Assembly: GCA_021803465.1 (NCBI GenBank)
Contig: JAJZLL010000008.1
Location: 8,035 to 72,034 of the forward strand
Length of the DNA stretch: 64,000 nucleotides
Source of the DNA: a bacterium
Lineage (GTDB): Bacteria; Chloroflexota; Dormibacteria; Aeolococcales; Aeolococcaceae
Direction: 5' to 3'
Shown here: piece by piece, positions 58,589-64,000 of the stretch
Layout: each line of letters opens with the position of its first letter
Position numbering within the stretch: position 1 is the stretch's first letter
Made by a program: the position numbers and the translations under genes
The notes under the pieces: generated by a model
What the model was told of the DNA's origin: nothing
Seen by the model: the letters and a program-made list of their open reading frames with translations, nothing else
The model's database searches: none

Positions 58589-59616
58589 CTTGATTCGCCG
58601 AAGAGTCGAGGGGGAAGGTTGTCCTTGGCAGCCCTCAGGAGACTGCCGTCAAGGGGAACGGATGTGATGATGCCTGCTGCCTCCCACCTGGTGACAATTG
58701 TGTGCATGCCTTTCGGAGGAAGTGGCCAGAGCCACCAGAGCGTGTCAATGCGTCTGTGCGCGTAGGAGCTCGTGGCAAGTGGGGCTGGGGGCATGCTTAC
58801 AAGCGTTATTCCGGACGTAGGCGGTTCGGGCAGTGGAGGAGTGAGCACATCCCAGGTCGGGTCGACAGGGAGAAGCGCTGCAGTGCCTCCTGTGGAAAGA
58901 TGGACTGCGAACACGATGGTTCGTGGGTCAGTAGTGGCCTCGCCCACTCCAAAAGCGGGATCACTGAAGGTTTCACCTGCTGCGCACTGGGCAGTGAGGG
59001 AAAGCAGGACACCAGTGTCGTACACAGTCAGTTCCGTAATGGCGAGGGCGCCGCGATCCGTCTCTCCCAGCGCGAGAGACATGTGGAGCGGTGCTCCACG
59101 TTCATCCGGTGGGGGAAATGCCCAGAGCGGAAGGGAGTGGAGGGTGGGAATTCTCGACTTTCGTTCATGCTCACGGTCACCTTGCCGCTCAAGTGCTGAG
59201 CATGAACGGATCTTGTCGCCTGTGCAACCAAGCTCGGCCAGGAGTCGTGCAGCAGTGCTCGTTCCTTCCTCGGCAACGGCTATGAGGAGATCCCCAGTCG
59301 TGATGGAGAGGTGTTCGAAGTCGTCCGCAATGTCACGGGCCAGCTCAATGACGCGCAGCATGCGGCGTGAAGCCTGGGGAAGTCCGCCAGTCACGGTCCG
59401 GGTCAGGGGTGGATGGCCAGAAAGCCGTGAGTTGAGAAGACTGATGTCGACATTGCATTCAAGGAGCGCAAGGTGTGCGACTGACTGCGTGTCGTTTGCA
59501 AGCCCAAGAAGGAGGTAGTCAGGAGTGAGGTACGGGTATCCGTCGCGCTGCGCATGTGCGTGCGCAGCCTCGAGGCAGTCTTCCGCGATGGTGGTGAGGG
59601 AACTTGTCGTATCCAT
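58576..59616 (-). CDS. Clp N-terminal (Clp_N double repeat) domain protein with uncharacterised C-terminal domain
   Basis: two Clp_N repeats (YLTPDYLLLGLANDTQSVAHLALLECNVD; ITTGDLLIAVAEEGTSTAARLLAELG); no AAA module. Confidence 0.6.
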   Translation of the reverse strand: MDTTSSLTTIAEDCLEAAHAHAQRDGYPYLTPDYLLLGLANDTQSVAHLALLECNVDISLLNSRLSGHPPLTRTVTGGLPQASRRMLRVIELARDIADDFEHLSITTGDLLIAVAEEGTSTAARLLAELGCTGDKIRSCSALERQGDREHERKSRIPTLHSLPLWAFPPPDERGAPLHMSLALGETDRGALAITELTVYDTGVLLSLTAQCAAGETFSDPAFGVGEATTDPRTIVFAVHLSTGGTAALLPVDPTWDVLTPPLPEPPTSGITLVSMPPAPLATSSYAHRRIDTLWWLWPLPPKGMHTIVTRWEAAGIITSVPLDGSLLRAAKDNLPPRLFGESSYSV

Positions 59617-59980
59617 GATGCACATAGCGTACCGTCATTACGGGCGTCCGGGGTTGTTTCCGGTGATTGCGCAGTGGCTGGCGCTGGAGAAGGCCAACGC
59701 AACAGACCTGTCACTGTTTCGTTTCAGCCTCTGCGGGGAAGGTTTGAAGTATGTCCCGTACACTGGGAATACATCAACCAAATGGGGAGTGCGTTTCATG
59801 GCGAAGAAAACATCCCGAAGGAGCCTCGAAGGAGCCGTACGTGACCTCGTCGACCGTGTTCGGGAGATCATGGAAACAGCGCTCCATCCCGAAGTGCCGC
59901 CAGAACGTGCACTCGTTCCCATTCCCGTGAGGGATGAGTATCCGGAGCTCCGTGGGAGGTAGCCTCCAGATGTCCGACTT

Positions 59981-60895
59981 CTAGGAGCCAGCTGTTCCTG
60001 CTTTTCCATGCGGTTTCTGTGAAGGTGTCATGGATGAATCGGGCGTGAACTCGGGAAGAAGGGGGAAGTATCCAATGCCCACTGCGCCAGGTCCTGTGTG
60101 GGCCACGATCACTGGTCCGAGTTCAATGGCAACGGGTTTCGGAACCGAGAATGGGGTTCCCCGTTCAATGAGCGAGTGGGCCATCTCGTCATTCTGGGCG
60201 TTCGCGACGAGGACCTCAAGACTTCCATGTGTGTCCTTCGCCTCGCTGATGAGATCCACCATTTGGTCAAGGACCCGTGAGAAAGTACGGATCTTCCGGA
60301 TGGGTTCCACCCTTCCATTGACGAGCGCAAGAAGTGGCCTGAAGTTGAGGAGGGTGCCAAGGAGCGCCTGGGCTCCGCCAATCCTGCCTCCACGACGCAG
60401 GTATTCGAGCGTGGGAACTGTGAAGTAGAAGACCTGGGTTTCGATGAGCGTGCGCACACTGGTGAGCGCATCCTCAACGGGAACATCGCGGTCGCGGAGC
60501 TCCTGGGCATGGGTGACGATCCGGTTGAGGGGTGGACCAACGGACCGGGTGTCAATGACATGCACTGTCTTTCCGGGAACACTCGCTGCTCCCTGTACTG
60601 CAGCGTTGTATGTTCCACTCAGCTCGGATGAGAGTGTGAGACACATGATGGGAAGGCTGTCAGCGAAGCCCGTGAACACCTCAGCGAATGCTCCAGGCGA
60701 GGGTTGTGATGTCCTGGGAGGGACATCACTCTGGTCGAACTTCGCATAGAACTCGTTCGTAGTGATGTCCACTCCATCCGTGTATTCAGTCGAGCCAAAA
60801 ATGACAGTGAGGGGTACGACACGGATGTCATGGGATGCGACATACGACGGGTCGAGAACTGCGGTGCTATCCGTCACGATGTGGAACTGTGGCAT
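59981..60895 (-). CDS. DegV-family (fatty-acid-binding) protein
   Basis: DegV/EDD-fold hallmarks (IVTDSTAVL...TSQPS...FYFTVPTLEYLRRGGRIG). Confidence 0.85.
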   Translation of the reverse strand: MPQFHIVTDSTAVLDPSYVASHDIRVVPLTVIFGSTEYTDGVDITTNEFYAKFDQSDVPPRTSQPSPGAFAEVFTGFADSLPIMCLTLSSELSGTYNAAVQGAASVPGKTVHVIDTRSVGPPLNRIVTHAQELRDRDVPVEDALTSVRTLIETQVFYFTVPTLEYLRRGGRIGGAQALLGTLLNFRPLLALVNGRVEPIRKIRTFSRVLDQMVDLISEAKDTHGSLEVLVANAQNDEMAHSLIERGTPFSVPKPVAIELGPVIVAHTGPGAVGIGYFPLLPEFTPDSSMTPSQKPHGKAGTAGS

Positions 60896-60950
60896 GGATT
60901 GTCCTTTAGATCACGGAGATGGTCTTTGGGTCACTTACGATCCTACCGGG

Positions 60951-61832
60951 TTAAGTCCACTCCTGCACGGGCGTGCGGGAATCCTCCAGGCAGCGCCAAG
61001 CTCCAAGGAGTGTCTGCTCTGCTCCAAGCCTCTCCACAACGATGCGGGGAAGTGGCTGGATGTGGATGAGCTGCTTCATGGTCGACTGAAGGGAAGGGGC
61101 TATCGCAGCCCAGTGGGCAACGAGCCCACCCCCAATGATGATGATGTTCGGATCAAGAATGGCAGTCGTGTTCGCCATTGCCATGCCGAGCCATTCGCCA
61201 ACCCCGCTCCAGACCGCGGGATCCTCGAGCTTGTGCGCCTCCAGTCCATGGAGATCGGCAAGGGATCTGCCGCCAATGAGCGCCTCGAGGCATCCTGCTC
61301 CCCCACATGTGCACGGTGGAGGGTTGAGGTGCGGGGGAATGAGTACCTGGTGTCCGCCTTCCGTGTCGTGCCGTCCGATGAGAAGCCTGCCATGGTAGAC
61401 GATCCCGGTGCCTACACCAGTTGAGATCGTGTAGTACACGACAAGGTCCTCATTGACACCTGCACCATATGCTGCCTCAGCCAGAGCAGCGCAGTTCGCA
61501 TCGTTCTCCACAGTCACAGGACACCCATACTGGGCATGAAGAGCATCGCGGAGCCGGAGATTCCACCAGGCTGGGCTGAGGTTGGGGGGATTCACAACCA
61601 TTCCTTCAGGCCGTGAGAATGGTCCAGGCACTCCTATGCCGATTCCCGCAACAGGTTGCTCTTCACTCACCTCATCAATCATTCGGACGAGTGCAGCTAT
61701 GGGATCCTCCTGTGGTGTGGGATGTTTCACGCTCTTTGCAAGAGAGTGTTCCGTGCCACCACGGGCAACGACCGTTTTCGTGCCGCCAATGTCGATGAGG
61801 ATGTCGCAGGGTGGTGCTGTGGTGTGGGTCAT
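60951..61832 (-). CDS. ROK-family sugar kinase (glucokinase-like)
   Basis: 'ILIDIGGTKT' ATP site, 'VENDANCAALAE', Zn motif 'CTCGGAGCLE'; only the C-terminal 293 aa of the 569-aa ORF is used. Confidence 0.85.
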   Translation of the reverse strand: MTHTTAPPCDILIDIGGTKTVVARGGTEHSLAKSVKHPTPQEDPIAALVRMIDEVSEEQPVAGIGIGVPGPFSRPEGMVVNPPNLSPAWWNLRLRDALHAQYGCPVTVENDANCAALAEAAYGAGVNEDLVVYYTISTGVGTGIVYHGRLLIGRHDTEGGHQVLIPPHLNPPPCTCGGAGCLEALIGGRSLADLHGLEAHKLEDPAVWSGVGEWLGMAMANTTAILDPNIIIIGGGLVAHWAAIAPSLQSTMKQLIHIQPLPRIVVERLGAEQTLLGAWRCLEDSRTPVQEWT

Positions 61833-61908
61833 GGTTCCCGGAGTGGTGGAAGTGGTGGAGCAGAGGAAGAAGATCGACTGTGCAACAATTATCGAATATA
61901 CAGTGCGC

Positions 61909-62982
61909 ATGAAGGGGACGGAAGTGGGGAAGGTTGGCAAGGCTGTGCTCGGGCAGAGAGAGGGATCGGCTCTGACTATTGGCCAACATGTGCTCCGTTC
62001 GAAAATTGTCGTGGCACCCATGGTGGGTATCACGGATGCGCCATTCCGCACGCTCGCTGAAGAGCTTGGAGCAGGAATGGTGACGACCGAGATGGTCTCC
62101 TCCGAGGCGCTCGTGAGGAACATTCCAGCAGCACTCGACAAGATCGACATCACACCACTACCCATTCCCACTGCTGCCCAGATCATGGGCGCTTCTCCTG
62201 AAGCGATGGCTGAGGCTTCCCAGATCTGTGTCGCGCGCGGTGCGGACATCATAGACGTCAATCTCGGCTGCCCTGTACGCAAGATCGTGAACCAGGGAGC
62301 TGGTGCATGTCTGGCACGTGACATTTCCCGTGCTGCAGCCGTCTTTGAAGCAATTGTCAGCGCTGTTGATGTGCCTGTCACTGCAAAGATTCGCACAGGA
62401 TGGGATGAGGACTCGCTCATTGCACCGGAGCTTGCTGCAGCCCTGGAGAAGGTTGGCGTCGCAGCAGTCACCGTCCATGGAAGAAGCCGTGCGCAGGGGT
62501 ACAGGGGCCTTGCACGGTGGGACATCATCAGGAAGGTCAAGGAGCGTGTCGCGATACCTGTGCTTGGCAATGGCGATGTGATGGATGGACCAAGCCTTGC
62601 GGAACGGTGGACTGATTCGGGTCTTGATGGCATCGCGATCGCCAGGGGAGTGGTGGGCAACTTCTGGTTCCTCCGCCAGGCAGTCGAGCAGGTGGATCAT
62701 GGGACAGAGATACCCATGGCACCGTTCGCTGAGCGGGTGCAGTTAGCAAGAAGGCATGTTCGGCGGCTCCTTGACTACTATGGCGAGCACAAGGCCTCGA
62801 AAGTCGGGAAGAAATATCTTGCCTGGACAATCAAGGGGTGCGCACATGCAGCGCGTCTCCGAACTTCACTTCAGGAGGCAACCACGGGATCGGAAATGGA
62901 GCGGATCTTTGATGATGTGCTGGAGTCTGGCGAGGCTACAAGCGGATGGTTCCAGCCAACATTCATCAGCGGTGAGGGGTGA
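61909..62982 (+). CDS. dusB: tRNA-dihydrouridine synthase
   Basis: 'VVAPMVGITDAPFR', 'DVNLGCPVRK', 'VTVHGRSR' Dus motifs; start at an internal ATG of the ORF. Confidence 0.9.
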   Translation: MKGTEVGKVGKAVLGQREGSALTIGQHVLRSKIVVAPMVGITDAPFRTLAEELGAGMVTTEMVSSEALVRNIPAALDKIDITPLPIPTAAQIMGASPEAMAEASQICVARGADIIDVNLGCPVRKIVNQGAGACLARDISRAAAVFEAIVSAVDVPVTAKIRTGWDEDSLIAPELAAALEKVGVAAVTVHGRSRAQGYRGLARWDIIRKVKERVAIPVLGNGDVMDGPSLAERWTDSGLDGIAIARGVVGNFWFLRQAVEQVDHGTEIPMAPFAERVQLARRHVRRLLDYYGEHKASKVGKKYLAWTIKGCAHAARLRTSLQEATTGSEMERIFDDVLESGEATSGWFQPTFISGEG

Positions 62983-63097
62983 GCTGCAGCAAGGTTTTCA
63001 TTCCAGACAACACTGCAAGGACAGACCGGTTCGCCTGACGTGTATTATTTGACACTGTAGCCTGCTGTGAAAAGCAGACGCACCCCTGTCGATGGGC

Positions 63098-63131
63098 AAA
63101 AAAAAGGGCGTCCCACCGAACAGGGACGCCC
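63098..63131 (-). terminator. intrinsic terminator-like hairpin oriented on the minus strand (GGGCGTCCC-loop-GGGACGCCC then T8)
   Basis: 9-bp GC stem followed by an 8-nt T run when read on the minus strand; sits in the dusB-greA intergenic region. Confidence 0.45.
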
Positions 63132-63327
63132 CGAGAGGGGGGGCTATTTAAGCAAGACCCGTTGATCGAGCCTTGTTGTGATCATAGCGGAAGCTTCAGG
63201 GAGCGTCAAGAGGGTCAAACGAACTGAGCGGAACACAGAGTGCACATGCGCGTCATGCGCTGGGCATGTTCCACGAACGCGCGTACCTGATACTCTTAGG
63301 AAACACACTGAATGAGGGAGATGTGGC

Positions 63328-63786
63328 ATGGAAAAACCAGTACTGCTGACAGCTGAGGGACTGGAGAAGCTGGAGAAGGAGCTCGAGGAGCTTCGTACCG
63401 TGAAGCGTGCGGAAGTTGCCGAGAGGATCCGGTACGCCAAGGGATTCGGCGATCTCTCTGAGAATGCCGAGTATGAGGATGCGAAGAACGAGCAGGGCAT
63501 GATCGAAGGACGCATTCTCGTCCTTGAGACCATGGTGCGGAATGCGCAGCTCATCGAGGAGAACCACAAGGGCGTTGTCGGAGTTGGCTCACTCGTGACC
63601 ATCTCTGACGAATTTGGAGAAGAGACCTTCACCATCGTGGGTCCAGCGGAAGTCGATGTCGAGAGTGGCAAGATCTCCCTCGAGTCTCCTGTCGGAAAGT
63701 CGCTCATGGGCCACAAGGTCGGTGAGGCAGTGCAGGCAGCATGTCCTGGAGGCATGCGGGAACTCAAGATCCTGAAAATCAAGTAG
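63328..63786 (+). CDS. greA: transcription elongation factor GreA
   Basis: 'LTAEGLEKLEKELEELRTVKRAEVAERIRYAKGFGDLSENAEYEDAK' canonical GreA N-terminal coiled coil plus FKBP-like C-terminal domain. Confidence 0.9.
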   Translation: MEKPVLLTAEGLEKLEKELEELRTVKRAEVAERIRYAKGFGDLSENAEYEDAKNEQGMIEGRILVLETMVRNAQLIEENHKGVVGVGSLVTISDEFGEETFTIVGPAEVDVESGKISLESPVGKSLMGHKVGEAVQAACPGGMRELKILKIK

Positions 63787-63816
63787 GCGTCATCGTTGCT
63801 CGAAGGAAGGAAGAGC

Positions 63817-64000
63817 ATGTCGACAGAAGCTGCGCATGACCGTCCGAACGGTCTCGATGTCCTGCGGCAGGAGCGGGAGAAGAAGCTGGCACTCATGCAG
63901 GAGCATGGCATTCAGCCATTCAGGAGCATGGCAGATTCCCCTGTGCCGCTCAGGGAAGCACACGCATGGCTTCTCCGGGAAGAGGAGCAGCATATCCTTG
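63817..64000 (+). CDS. lysS: lysyl-tRNA synthetase (N-terminal fragment; continues beyond window)
   Basis: ATG with GGAAGGAAG SD; open to the window edge; N-terminus resembles the LysS leader region (weak; only 61 aa visible). Confidence 0.5.
   Translation, partial: MSTEAAHDRPNGLDVLRQEREKKLALMQEHGIQPFRSMADSPVPLREAHAWLLREEEQHIL

Noticed and set aside
61833-62660. N-terminal about 276 aa of the 569-aa minus-strand ORF 60951..62660
   Set aside because: Only the C-terminal 293 aa form a ROK kinase; the N-terminal extension is antisense to dusB and compositionally biased.

Overview
This is a gene-dense, high-GC bacterial chromosomal segment of about 60 genes, almost all with recognisable housekeeping functions. 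All protein assignments are motif-level readings of the ORF translations; no database search was run. I found no CRISPR array, transposase, integrase or obvious defence island.

Main blocks, in order:
- A phosphatidylinositol / PI-mannoside lipid operon: inositol-3-phosphate synthase, lysophospholipid acyltransferase, GT4 PimA-like glycosyltransferase and CDP-alcohol phosphatidyltransferase, with GTGA/ATGA-coupled starts.
- DNA polymerase III delta', a GH1 beta-glucosidase, a 7Fe ferredoxin and type I glutamine synthetase.
- A minimal type VII secretion-like module on the minus strand: a triple-P-loop FtsK/SpoIIIE EccC-like ATPase, a YukD-like ubiquitin-fold membrane protein and a lipoprotein.
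- dxs, a Bcp peroxiredoxin and a tandem pair of ArsA/Get3-like ATPases.
- A membrane-anchored SbcC-like ATPase paired with an SbcD-like phosphoesterase.
- accA-accD-fabH.
- A respiratory block: Rieske protein, split cytochrome b6 plus subunit IV, a triheme cytochrome c, cytochrome c oxidase subunits II and I, heme A synthase, heme O synthase, a cupredoxin lipoprotein, and several unannotated small membrane ORFs.
- birA and tRNA-Arg(CCG) flanked by small accessory-like genes.
- An L,D-transpeptidase, a Ski2-like helicase and a fatty-acyl-CoA ligase.
- An orphan ParA with a small disordered partner.
- GH15 and HAD hydrolases, a catalytically divergent argininosuccinate-lyase-like protein co-operonic with a PPP phosphatase, and a Clp_N protein.
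- DegV, ROK glucokinase, dusB, greA and a partial lysS.

The most unusual elements are the minimal T7SS-like module, the membrane-anchored SbcCD-like pair, the pseudo-lyase operon, and the small ORFs around the respiratory complexes. The combination of split cytochrome b, inositol lipids and an actinobacterial-style EccC suggests a Terrabacteria lineage, Chloroflexota- or Actinomycetota-like, but the organism is not determinable from this window alone.
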